Assembly (NCBI GenBank): GCA_022819855.1
Contig: JAJEGN010000011.1
Coordinates: 184,465-248,464 of the forward strand
DNA: 64,000 bases
Origin: Gammaproteobacteria bacterium
GTDB taxonomy: Bacteria; Pseudomonadota; Gammaproteobacteria; Steroidobacterales; Rariloculaceae
Reading direction: 5' to 3'
The notes under the pieces were generated by a model. That model saw only the letters and a program-made list of their open reading frames with translations. It had not been told where the DNA came from and did not search any database. Below, piece by piece: positions 47,276 to 56,071 of this stretch. Position 1 is the first letter of the stretch. Each line of letters begins with the position of its first letter. Made by a program: the position numbers and the translations under genes.

Positions 47276-47581
47276 ATGCGAGTGATAGCGAAGTCCAGGC
47301 TAAGGATGTTCTGGGAAAGCAGTCCGAAATACAGGGACGCGAAGCGGCAGATGACAGAGTGGTACAACTTCTGCGCGTCGGCAAGATGGACTTCGCCGCA
47401 CGAGCTGAAGGCCGATTTGCGCAATGCGAGCATTTTGAAAAACAACCGGGTTGTTTTCAATATTTGCGGTAACAAGTATCGGATCGTGGTCCTTACCGAC
47501 TATGCCCGACACGGGATATTGATCCGTTTTGTGGGAACACATCGGCAGTACGACAGGATCGAAGATATCGAGAACCTTTGA
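47276..47581 (+). CDS. higB: HigB-family type II toxin (mRNA interferase)
   Basis: MRVIAKSRLRMFWE...NICGNKYRIVVLTDYARHGILIRFVGTHRQYDRI is a classic HigB pattern. Confidence 0.85.
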   Translation: MRVIAKSRLRMFWESSPKYRDAKRQMTEWYNFCASARWTSPHELKADLRNASILKNNRVVFNICGNKYRIVVLTDYARHGILIRFVGTHRQYDRIEDIENL

Positions 47582-47589
47582 GGTGAGCG

Positions 47590-47940
47590 ATGAAACTGAA
47601 ACCGATCAGGAATGACCGTGACTTGCATCGGGCGCTGGCGCGCATCGAGGAATTGTGGGGTGCGAAATCCGGCACGGCCAGGGGCGACGAGCTGGATGTC
47701 TTGATGCTGCTCGTCGAGAAATACGAAGAAGATCACTTTGAGATTCCCGCTTCGGACCCGGTTGAGGCGATCAAGTTTTTCATGGAGCAGAATGGTCTGT
47801 CTCGCAAGGATCTTGAACCTTTCATTGGAGCGAGTGGCCGTGTTTCCGAGGTGTTGAACAAGAAGCGGGAACTGACGCTTCCGATGATCAAGCGCTTACA
47901 TCGAGGTCTCAGAATTCCCTACGCGAGTTTGATTCACTAA
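47590..47940 (+). CDS. higA: HigA-family HTH antitoxin
   Basis: LKPIRNDRDLHRALARIEELW... and a C-terminal XRE-type HTH (NGLSRKDLEPFIGASGRVSEVLNKKRELTLPMIKRL). It begins 8 nt after higB. Confidence 0.85.
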   Translation: MKLKPIRNDRDLHRALARIEELWGAKSGTARGDELDVLMLLVEKYEEDHFEIPASDPVEAIKFFMEQNGLSRKDLEPFIGASGRVSEVLNKKRELTLPMIKRLHRGLRIPYASLIH

Positions 47941-47957
47941 GCTCAGCCCAAACGCGG

Positions 47958-48746
47958 GTGGAAACCGTACCCATGTTGCTTAATGCTTTGTCGAAATTGG
48001 AAGAATGGCGTCACCTGCCTGCATATCAACTGGAGCGACGGGTGGACGTATTTTTTGGATTGTTTCTTCCAGAAATCATTGAACAGCGATTCCGTGAACC
48101 CGGTGGCGTGGTCATTCCCGAATTTCCTTTGCACAGGGGGAACGTCCTGCGAGAATCGAACTCCAAGCGGAAAAACGAATCGGTAAAGGTCGATTTCGCG
48201 GTGTTCTGCCGCAATCGCTACAAGAAAATCTTCCTCGTCGAACTGAAGACTGACAGCAGGTCAATACGGCCGGACCAACTGAAGCACATGCTGTGCGCCG
48301 CAAGAGACGACGTTGGACCAGAGCAGGTACTTGGTGGTGTTGTAAAGGCGGCCATTCACAGCCCTGTGAAGCCCAAGTATGGGCACTTGCTCTACGAGCT
48401 CCATAAACTGGGCTGCGTCGCGCGCAGGTACTGCAAGGACAACAAAGGCGCAAAGAACTTCGATCAAATCGATATGAACAAGACCTCGCCAGGGTTAGAA
48501 CCAACGTTTAGGGATCTGGATGTTTCCGTGAATTGGAAGAACGCGGCTATCGAACTCGTCCTGATTGCGCCAAGTGACGTTCGCCAGAAAGGGCACGTTG
48601 AGTTATCGCGATTTCATCATATAACTCTCGCTGATGTTGCCAACGCGATTGAAGATGAGTGCAAGTCGAGATTGGAATTGGCGCACTATTTGCGCCGGTG
48701 GGAGGAAACGAAGGCCGGACGCGCCCAGCTAGCCCCAAGAGCCTAG
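47958..48746 (+). CDS. PD-(D/E)xK nuclease-fold-like protein, uncharacterised (paralogue C, most divergent)
   Basis: QLERRVDVFF ... VDFAVF ... IFLVELKTDSRSIRPDQL (E, D, ExK, Q). The GTG at 47958 lies 17 nt after the higA stop; an alternative ATG is at 47973. Confidence 0.5.
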   Translation: METVPMLLNALSKLEEWRHLPAYQLERRVDVFFGLFLPEIIEQRFREPGGVVIPEFPLHRGNVLRESNSKRKNESVKVDFAVFCRNRYKKIFLVELKTDSRSIRPDQLKHMLCAARDDVGPEQVLGGVVKAAIHSPVKPKYGHLLYELHKLGCVARRYCKDNKGAKNFDQIDMNKTSPGLEPTFRDLDVSVNWKNAAIELVLIAPSDVRQKGHVELSRFHHITLADVANAIEDECKSRLELAHYLRRWEETKAGRAQLAPRA

Positions 48747-49021
48747 CTCTAATAGAGTCCGGTTGTGGAAACCTCGGTCGCAACCGCTTCGCGAGCCAGA
48801 GGCGGCGAGAACTGACGTTCGTTTGTTGCCATCGTGTAACGGGTGACTGCGCATTATTCCGTGCGCGAGAGAGGCTGAGAGGTCAAGCAGGTCGAGCCTC
48901 TCCCAATTACCGTCGATTTCGGCCCGAAATGAGGCTTCCGTTCCCGGTCATGGGTACTTACCCTGACATCAGATTCGAGCAACGGGCTGCTGCGCGCCCA
49001 GGGGTTCACCGGGAGTTCAGC

Positions 49022-49354
49022 ATGTCCGATACGGCGTTTGATACACTTGGCGCTGCCCGCAGGCTCAAGGCTGCGGGCGTCGAGGCCGAACCGGCCGAAG
49101 CCATCTTGGAGGTCATGGGCCAATCCGTCAATCAACTGGTGACCGCGGAGCGCTTCGAGGCTGGCATCGAGACGCTGCACGCCCGCATCGATGCCTTTCA
49201 AACCGAATTGCTGGCCCGCATCGACGCCCTTTGCACGGAACTGCGTGCCGAGATCGCGCGTTCCCTCCTGATCGCGGTGGGCATCATGATCTCCGCTAAC
49301 GCGTTGATGCTGACGATCCTGGGCATGATCCTGACAGGCGGAGCGAGCTTGTAA
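49022..49354 (+). CDS. DUF1640-like coiled-coil protein with C-terminal TM helix
   Basis: AFDTLGAARRLKAAGVEAEPAEAILEVM ..., a coiled segment, then LLIAVGIMISANALMLTILGMIL. Confidence 0.6.
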   Translation: MSDTAFDTLGAARRLKAAGVEAEPAEAILEVMGQSVNQLVTAERFEAGIETLHARIDAFQTELLARIDALCTELRAEIARSLLIAVGIMISANALMLTILGMILTGGASL

Positions 49355-49659
49355 CGATAGTCGCGCGCGTCGGCAATGTCGTCAGCACTTGCCGCGGGCC
49401 GATTTCTGCGGCACGCAGACGAAAATACCCAAGTCACGGCACCATCGGACGGATAGCACGATGGTGCTTCACAATCCGGCCTGGGCGTCCCTGCTAGAAC
49501 GCCGTCGCGGGAGAGAAGCGATAGCCGATATCCTCACACGCTTCCTGAATGGGGATGTGCAGGAGGGAATCGCTCAGGCTCCGGACATCTCGCCGGGAGC
49601 TCACCGCTTCGAGCCGAAAGAATGGCCATACTACCAATCATCAACGATGTCGAAAAAAC

Positions 49660-50190
49660 TCAGCACAAGTTCTGTTCGCCCGTCATGATCAGGTAGATGT
49701 CGGCCAGGATCCCTGCGTCGAGCAGGGCCCCGTGCCACTCGCGCCTGGAGACATCGACACCGTGCCGTCTGGCAAGTGAATTGAGGTCGTTCTGCTTGCC
49801 GGGATGCAGACGCCGGGCGAGCGCGAGCGTGTCGAGGACCTCGCAACAGTCCCTTACGTCGTCGGGCGCACCGGGCACGCGCCGTAATTCGTGGTTGATG
49901 AACTCCACGTCGAACTCGGCGTTGTGGATCACGAGCTCGGTGCCGCGCACGAACTCGAGAAACGCTTCGGCGATGTCGACGAAGTACGGCTGCGTAGCCA
50001 GAAACTCATCGTCTATGCCGTGCAATTCGAGCGCTCCGGCGTCGACGGTGCGGTCCGGGTTGATGTAACGGTGAAACGTGCTCGATGTGACGCGGCGGTT
50101 GACGAGTTCCACGCAGCCGATTTCGATGATGCGGTGGCCGGCAGCAGGATCGGGTCCCGTCGTTTCCGCATCAAGTACGATCTGCCGCAT
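49660..50190 (-). CDS. DnaQ-like DEDDh 3'-5' exonuclease (epsilon-subunit exonuclease domain only, 176 aa)
   Basis: Exo I is RQIVLDAETTG, Exo II is LVIHNAEFDVEF, Exo III-epsilon is HGALLDAGILADIYLIMTG. It is collinear with E. coli DnaQ as I remember it, but a stop follows ...MTGEQNLC. Confidence 0.85.
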   Translation of the reverse strand: MRQIVLDAETTGPDPAAGHRIIEIGCVELVNRRVTSSTFHRYINPDRTVDAGALELHGIDDEFLATQPYFVDIAEAFLEFVRGTELVIHNAEFDVEFINHELRRVPGAPDDVRDCCEVLDTLALARRLHPGKQNDLNSLARRHGVDVSRREWHGALLDAGILADIYLIMTGEQNLC

Positions 50191-50288
50191 CGTTGAGTCC
50201 CCGGTTCGCCAGCGCGTCGGCGCGCTCGTTGTCGCGGTGTCCTGAAATCTACGCCTGAATCCGAGCGGGACGATCCACGTTTTTCGTA

Positions 50289-51281
50289 TTACCGCGTTTG
50301 AGCGTGATGCTCCGCCAGCCCCGCACACATCCCTCGCAACCGCTCCCGCAGCCGCATCGGCTTTTCCACCGTAACGCTCTCCCCCCACGTAAAGAGATGC
50401 CAACACATCTCGTCGATGCCCCCGGCCCTGAACTGGACCGTCAACGACCCATCGTCGTTCTCGACTAGCGTCTGGGTAGGATGAAACTGAAAGGTCGCAG
50501 CGTCGGCGGCGGCGCCAGGATCGAACCGCAACACGACATCCACGGGCGGTTCCTGAAATGCGCCAAAGGAGCGTTCTGCGAATTGCTGAAGGTCGAAATC
50601 GGGGTTGCGCTCGAACGCGTCGTCGGTCATCCGGGCGTCGCTCACGTTTGCCAGGCTCCAGAGTCGTGGTTCCTCGGTCCACGGTACATGTCCGACAAGG
50701 TAGGCTCGATTGCCGTAGAGCACTCCGTGGGGTTCGACGAGATGATCGGTACGCTTTCCGGTTGACCTTGCGACGTAGCTGAATTCCACCTTGCGGGTGG
50801 CCTTGATCGCGTCGCGCAGCAATTGGAGCAAGCCCTGCTCGATCTGGGGTCGCGGACCTGGGTGCATGGCCGATCCCTCCGCCTGCATGAGCGCCTCGAG
50901 CTCGTCACCCAGGGTTGGCGCGTCCGGTGCTCGTCGCAACGCCAGCAGTTTGGCGACCAGGTCCCGCAGCAGCCGGGCGCGCTCGGAGAGCCCGGCCCGG
51001 TCCAGGCGTTTGGCCGCCGATTCGAGTTCGGCCAGTTCCTCGGGCGAGATCCGAACGAGGCCACGCAACCGGGTCGACTCCAGCCGCCAATGGATGCGCC
51101 TGTCGTCGGTTTCCACCGGAAGGAGCGGGCCGAATGCAGCTTCGACCGCGTGACGCATCCGTTCCGCCGTCCGGCGGCTGACGCTGAACTCCTCCACGAT
51201 GTCGTCCATCGTCAATCCGCCCCTGGCGCCCTGGAGGCGGATCGCCAGGTTCACAATGTTTTTGAGTCGCTCGTATCGCAT
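50289..51281 (-). CDS. HTH-WYL-domain transcriptional regulator (second copy in window)
   Basis: MRYERLKNIVNLAIRLQGARGGLTMDDIVEEFSVSRRTAERMRHAV (HTH). VLYGNRAYLVGHVPWTEEPRLWSLANV (WYL core). A C-terminal WCX-like region is present. Confidence 0.85.
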   Translation of the reverse strand: MRYERLKNIVNLAIRLQGARGGLTMDDIVEEFSVSRRTAERMRHAVEAAFGPLLPVETDDRRIHWRLESTRLRGLVRISPEELAELESAAKRLDRAGLSERARLLRDLVAKLLALRRAPDAPTLGDELEALMQAEGSAMHPGPRPQIEQGLLQLLRDAIKATRKVEFSYVARSTGKRTDHLVEPHGVLYGNRAYLVGHVPWTEEPRLWSLANVSDARMTDDAFERNPDFDLQQFAERSFGAFQEPPVDVVLRFDPGAAADAATFQFHPTQTLVENDDGSLTVQFRAGGIDEMCWHLFTWGESVTVEKPMRLRERLRGMCAGLAEHHAQTR

Positions 51282-51292
51282 TTTGCCAGTGC

Positions 51293-51308
51293 CGCGAAAA
51301 TCTTCGCG
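51293..51308. promoter_or_regulatory. Inverted repeat CGCGAA-N4-TTCGCG, 12-27 bp upstream of the second WYL regulator start
   Basis: Read directly at 51293-51298 and 51303-51308. An operator role is speculative. Confidence 0.2.
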
Positions 51309-51445
51309 TCCCGCTTCATGATGTGGCGCATCGTCCTTTTCGAAACGGGCTTGATCGCGACCTTATTGGCGTAGCGCCGACCCAATGAAGGCTTTTTCAC
51401 TGTACCAATCCACGTTCCGTAATCTCGCCGTTTGAACGGACTCGT

Positions 51446-53539
51446 TCATCCGGGACCAACCCCAAACCCGATCTGCCGCGGCCGATCCGGCTTGGCGTCG
51501 CACTCCTCGCGCAGCATGGCGGCGAGCGACGTTGCGTCGTCCAGCTTGCCCAGAATCTCAGCGCGCCGCCGCACCACGGCGAAATCGCCCGGAGTCACTC
51601 CTGCCAACTCCCGAACTGCCGGGGGTGCGTCAAGCCCGAAGAAAACCCGAAACGCCGCCATCGCCTGATCGGGGGCGAGAAAATCCAGGCCAAGCTTGAA
51701 ATCGAAGCGCCGGAGCGTCGCGGGGTCGAGATGCTCGCCGAAATTGGTTGTGCACGCAAACGGCAGCGGGTGCGTTTCCATCCAGGTGAGCATCTCGTTG
51801 ACCTGGCTGATCTCCCAACTGCGGTGCGCGAAGCGCCGGTCGGCGAGCAGCGAGTCGGCCTCGTCGAACACCAGGAAGTGTTCCTGATCCCGTGCTTCGG
51901 CAAATGCTTCAGCGATCAGCTTCTCCGTCTCTCCCACCCACATGGACATCAGATCCGAAGCCCGCTTCTGCACGACTTCCAATCCGATTCTTTCGGCCAG
52001 AAAGCGCACAAACGCACTCTTGCCGGTACCGGGCGGGCCCTGCAGGCATAGCGAGAAACGTCGCGCCCCATGTTCCGCAAGACGGTCGGCCAACTCGACC
52101 GGATCGGTCTGAGCCCGGATCAGCGTGGGATCGAATTCGCCGGGTGCTTGTAGCGGCGGCTTTTCGCCGTGCAGCAGGCGCGCCAGGCTGTGTACGCCCT
52201 GGCGGACCGTCGCGACGTTTCCTCCGTCGATGACGCGGGCTGCGGCGGTGGCGCCAGCGGCCACTCCCGGCGTTATGTCGAACTCCCTGGCCAGCGCCTG
52301 CACATCGCTTTCCACCGACGGAATCCCTTGGCGCTTCAGTTGTCGGGACCAGATGCGGGCACGGACGCGAGGGGAGGGTTTGCGCAACTCCAGCGCGTAC
52401 ATCATGCGCCGCAGTACAGCCGGACAGGTCTCCCGAGCCGCATTGGTGGTCCATAGCGTGGGAACGCCGGTCTCTTCAAGCAATCGGTGCAGGAAGACCC
52501 TCGACCCGCTGGTGTTGCGCCTGCCGCCGCGCCCCCCACCGAAGAGCCACCGAAGCATTGAATTCGGATCCGAAAGCAGATCCTCCATCTCGTCGAAGAG
52601 CAGTATCGAGCGACGGCTACGTCCCAGGACGCGCTGAGCCAGGCGAAGTTCCTGAAGCCGTTCGCCTCGGGTTGGTTCGCGGCCATGCTCGTCCGCTTCG
52701 CCGATGCTGTACATGGTGATCCCTAGCCGGTTCGCGAGCGTTCTGCAAAATTGCGTTTTGCCTGTCCCGGGCGGGCCGTACAAGAGCACGTTGACGCCCC
52801 GCTCGCCGCGCTCAAGTGCGCCCCTGATCAGGCGCTCGACATGGTCGCGTCCGGCGGCGACGTGATCAAAATCCGACCATTCAAGTTCCGCTGTGGGCGC
52901 CCTGTCGAACAGCAACTGCTGGACATCCATGCCGCTGCGGGCGGGAGCATGCGCCAACCGCTGGAGACGCTCAAGCAACTTGAAGTCACCGTCGTCTTCG
53001 ACCGACACGAGACCTGAGCGGACCAGCGGCGAATCCGTCGCCAGCCGGCGCCGCAAAGTCCCTGTGGAAATGTCGAGCATGCTGGCCAGATTGGGATTTG
53101 CGACGGAAAAAAAGTGGCAGTGCATTCTGGCGAATCCATGGTGAGACAGGATTTCGTCGACCATGGACTCGACGACCGGTTGCGTCTCGTAGGACAGCAG
53201 CAGTTCGAGAAGCGAGACGTCTGTTCGCGAGAGATCCATGTATCGTCCCAGAGCCCATACACGCTTCGCCGTGCGATCGCGGCGAACCCGCTTCGATGCT
53301 CTGTATTCGGTCGCAAGCGTTTCGCGCAGACTCTCCCACTCGTTGCTCGAGACAGCCTCGTTCCTCTCCAGCTCTTTCAACATGTTTGAGGCGTTCGCGT
53401 AGTCGGGAAGTGAGAGCATGTCGGCGGCGTTGAGCACCCATGTGACCATATCCCTGCTTTCCCGCGAACGGTGGCGCATACGCGCGCCCAGGTTCACGAG
53501 ATATCCTAGGCATCGGTGCCGCATGTAGGCAGTCAACAT
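51446..53539 (-). CDS. Tandem (double) classical AAA+ ATPase with ~240-aa N-terminal region
   Basis: GGAG lies 7 nt upstream of the ATG at 53539. Module 1: LLYGPPGTGKTQF / ILLFDEMEDLL. Module 2: LQGPPGTGKSAF / FLVFDEADSLL with WVGETEKLIAEAF. The N-terminal region contains an HTH-like LASMLDISTGTLRRRL. Confidence 0.8.
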   Translation of the reverse strand: MLTAYMRHRCLGYLVNLGARMRHRSRESRDMVTWVLNAADMLSLPDYANASNMLKELERNEAVSSNEWESLRETLATEYRASKRVRRDRTAKRVWALGRYMDLSRTDVSLLELLLSYETQPVVESMVDEILSHHGFARMHCHFFSVANPNLASMLDISTGTLRRRLATDSPLVRSGLVSVEDDGDFKLLERLQRLAHAPARSGMDVQQLLFDRAPTAELEWSDFDHVAAGRDHVERLIRGALERGERGVNVLLYGPPGTGKTQFCRTLANRLGITMYSIGEADEHGREPTRGERLQELRLAQRVLGRSRRSILLFDEMEDLLSDPNSMLRWLFGGGRGGRRNTSGSRVFLHRLLEETGVPTLWTTNAARETCPAVLRRMMYALELRKPSPRVRARIWSRQLKRQGIPSVESDVQALAREFDITPGVAAGATAAARVIDGGNVATVRQGVHSLARLLHGEKPPLQAPGEFDPTLIRAQTDPVELADRLAEHGARRFSLCLQGPPGTGKSAFVRFLAERIGLEVVQKRASDLMSMWVGETEKLIAEAFAEARDQEHFLVFDEADSLLADRRFAHRSWEISQVNEMLTWMETHPLPFACTTNFGEHLDPATLRRFDFKLGLDFLAPDQAMAAFRVFFGLDAPPAVRELAGVTPGDFAVVRRRAEILGKLDDATSLAAMLREECDAKPDRPRQIGFGVGPG

Positions 53540-53612
53540 CGCTTTTCTCCAGTTCTTCCTTTCCGTCCGGAGAGAAGCTAACAGGTTGGTGCGTCAGATT
53601 TGGTCGCAGTAG

Positions 53613-54251
53613 TTGCTGTCAACAACGAATTGCGAACGACATGCGATCATCTTCGGTCTTGAGACCGTCGGGCGCCTGCTTGACGGCATCGATGCGGCGA
53701 CTCTGGCCAACACCTACGTGATCTTCATGGGAGACAATGGCACTTCCGGTCAGATTGTGATTGCGCCGTTTCGGCGCGGAAGAGCCAAGGGAAGCGTCTA
53801 CGAGGGTGGCATCCGTGTGCCCCTGATCGTTTCCGGTCCTGGGGTCGTCGACGGCGCGGTCACGGATGCGCTGGTCGACTCCGCAGACATGTTCGCAACC
53901 ATTCTCGAGCTCGGCGGCGCTGATGTCTCCGGCGCGCTGCCGGAAGATCTCATCCACGATTCGGTGAGTTTCGTTCCGTACCTGTCCGCGCCCGATCGCC
54001 CGTCACTCAGAGAGTGGATCTATTCGGACGAGATGTCACCCGACGACGAACTGCAGAACGGCAACTTCGCGATTCGCGGCGAGCGCTTCAAGCTCGTGCG
54101 GCGCTCCGGCGACGATGAACTCTACGACCTCGTGGCCGATCCCTTCGAGCGCAACAACCTGCTCGAGGGCACGCCGACGGAGGATGCGCGGGCTCGCTAC
54201 ATGTCGCTGGCGTCCCGGCTCGAGGCTCTTCACGCAAGCGAGAATCGATAG
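53613..54251 (+). pseudogene. Sulfatase (arylsulfatase-family) gene fragment: C-terminal part only
   Basis: VGRLLDGID...NTYVIFMGDNGT...KGSVYEGGIRVPLIVSGPG...FATILELGG are C-terminal-half sulfatase motifs. An in-frame TAG at 53610-53612 lies immediately upstream. No C/S-x-P-x-R region is found anywhere nearby. Confidence 0.72.
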
Positions 54252-54566
54252 CCGCCCGCCGCGGCGATACCGCTGAGTTCAGTTGCCGCGCGGGTGGCGC
54301 CACCGGTAGTCGGGATCTCGATTGACCATCCCGGCTTGACGCGTATCGGACGCGTCGATAGGATGCGCCGCCCATGAACCGAGCCCGCGCCAATCAGCGT
54401 CTTGTTATCGTCGCCATGTCGTCGCATGGCGCGCGCGGCGAGGTTCGTCCCATCGGTTGCCACCCGGCAATCTAGTCCACCCAACAGACCGACGGACCTC
54501 CCCGCTTTCCGGGGAACCGTTCATGCATGGGCCTCGGGAGCGGAAAGTCCCGACGAGGAACCCGAC

Positions 54567-55991
54567 ATGAACGACCGCGCAACTCCTCTTGCCCAAGAGG
54601 CATCCGACTACTACCAGCGCCTGCTGCGGCCGGTGTTCGCCGGCCGGAAGTTCCTGCTTACCGGAGAGATCGCCGTTCCCCTGGGCAAATTGAGCCGAAC
54701 GCTGATCGGCCTCGACGCCGAGCGCCCGTTTCTCCTGGCCGGTTACGAAGGTACCGGCCCGATGCCGGGGCCGGAAGACGGGGAACTGCGAATGCTGGGT
54801 GCCGAGGGTACGGATATCCTCAGCGTACATCGCCACCACCAGCAGACGCTCGACAACCTCACACCGGAGCTCAGGCATGACATCGACGCCTGGGATCCTG
54901 ACCGTACTGGCCGCTGCATCCTGACCAGCGCTGTCGCCGTGGCTCGCTCCGTGGCAGGTCGACAACCCTACGGCGCCCGGCCGGTCACCTGGGCGGAGCT
55001 GGAAGACAAGGTTCGCATCGACGCGTTTTGGGATGCGGTGGGCGTGCGTCGCGCGCCATCCCGCGTCGTGGCTGCCGACTACACGGCGGTCAGGACTGCA
55101 GCCGACGCATTGAATTCGAGTCACGGCACGGTTTGGGCCGCCGACGCCCGCGAAGGAACGAACGGCGGCGGCCTCGGCCTGCGGTGGGTGCGGCCCGGCG
55201 ATGACGGCCGGGAATCGTTCGCCTACCTGTCGGGCATCTCCGACCGGGTGCGCGTCATGCCGTTCCTCGAAGGCGTCCCCGTGAGCATTCACGGCATCGT
55301 GTTTCCGCATACGGTGGCCGTTTTCCGTCCCGTCGAGATGATCGTGTTGCGCCCTCTCACCGGCGACCGCCTGTTCTATGCCGGTTTTGCAACGGCGTTC
55401 GATCCGCATCCCGACGACCGCGAATCGATGCGGCGGCTGGCCTTCACGGTCGGAACGGCACTGCGCGAAACCGTGGGTTACCGCGGTCCGTTCGGCATCG
55501 ACGGGATCCTCGCCGAGGATGGTTTTCTGCCCACGGAGATGAACACGAGGGCCGGAGCCCTGTTCGGGCCATTGGCACAGGGCCTGCCTGAGCTGCCGCT
55601 TGAGCCGCTTTGCTTCGCACTTGTCGAGGGCGAGCAACTCAAGTACCGGCCCGACCTGCTGCAACGGGCCATCGTCGAGTCCGCGGACAAGCATCGCACC
55701 TGCGGCGGGTGGTCGGTTACGCGGACCAGGATCGTAGACCACGGCAGCATCGATGTCGTGAGGGACGGCGACGACTACCGGGAAGCTCGATCCGGCGAGG
55801 AGCCCGATGGGACATTCTCGTTTGGCCCGGCGCCCCAGGGCGGATTCGTGAGGTTCAACTTGAAGGGCGAGAGAGTAGCGCCGGGACCATCCGCCGCTCC
55901 GGAGGTTGTCCGGGCGTTTCGCCTTGCGGACCGCCTGTTGGGAACGGAATTCGGCGACCTTGAAACGGCCAGGATTGTGCGGCCGCTTTAG
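54567..55991 (+). CDS. ATP-grasp-fold-like protein, uncharacterised
   Basis: GAGGAA RBS before the ATG at 54567. GGGLGLRWV, VMPFLEGVPVSIHGIVF, GYRGPFGIDGIL, PTEMNTRAGA (ExNxR) follow the ATP-grasp motif order. Confidence 0.55.
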   Translation: MNDRATPLAQEASDYYQRLLRPVFAGRKFLLTGEIAVPLGKLSRTLIGLDAERPFLLAGYEGTGPMPGPEDGELRMLGAEGTDILSVHRHHQQTLDNLTPELRHDIDAWDPDRTGRCILTSAVAVARSVAGRQPYGARPVTWAELEDKVRIDAFWDAVGVRRAPSRVVAADYTAVRTAADALNSSHGTVWAADAREGTNGGGLGLRWVRPGDDGRESFAYLSGISDRVRVMPFLEGVPVSIHGIVFPHTVAVFRPVEMIVLRPLTGDRLFYAGFATAFDPHPDDRESMRRLAFTVGTALRETVGYRGPFGIDGILAEDGFLPTEMNTRAGALFGPLAQGLPELPLEPLCFALVEGEQLKYRPDLLQRAIVESADKHRTCGGWSVTRTRIVDHGSIDVVRDGDDYREARSGEEPDGTFSFGPAPQGGFVRFNLKGERVAPGPSAAPEVVRAFRLADRLLGTEFGDLETARIVRPL

Positions 55992-56071
55992 GGGGCGCGT
56001 GCGATTCTCGGCACGCGGCTGAGACCGGGATATCGACGCTACGTCCTGCTACGTACTCCCCGCGAATCTGA

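Larger units (their letters stand above)
39620..53640. other. Putative accessory (defence-type) region; the A/T-richer core runs from about 40970 to 49000
   Basis: Gene content: 2 WYL regulators, 4 nuclease-fold proteins, a TA pair, DnaB, an exonuclease and a double AAA+ ATPase. There is a visible compositional shift and a truncated sulfatase gene at the right edge. No integrase, tRNA or flanking direct repeats were found, so the boundaries are approximate. Confidence 0.5.
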
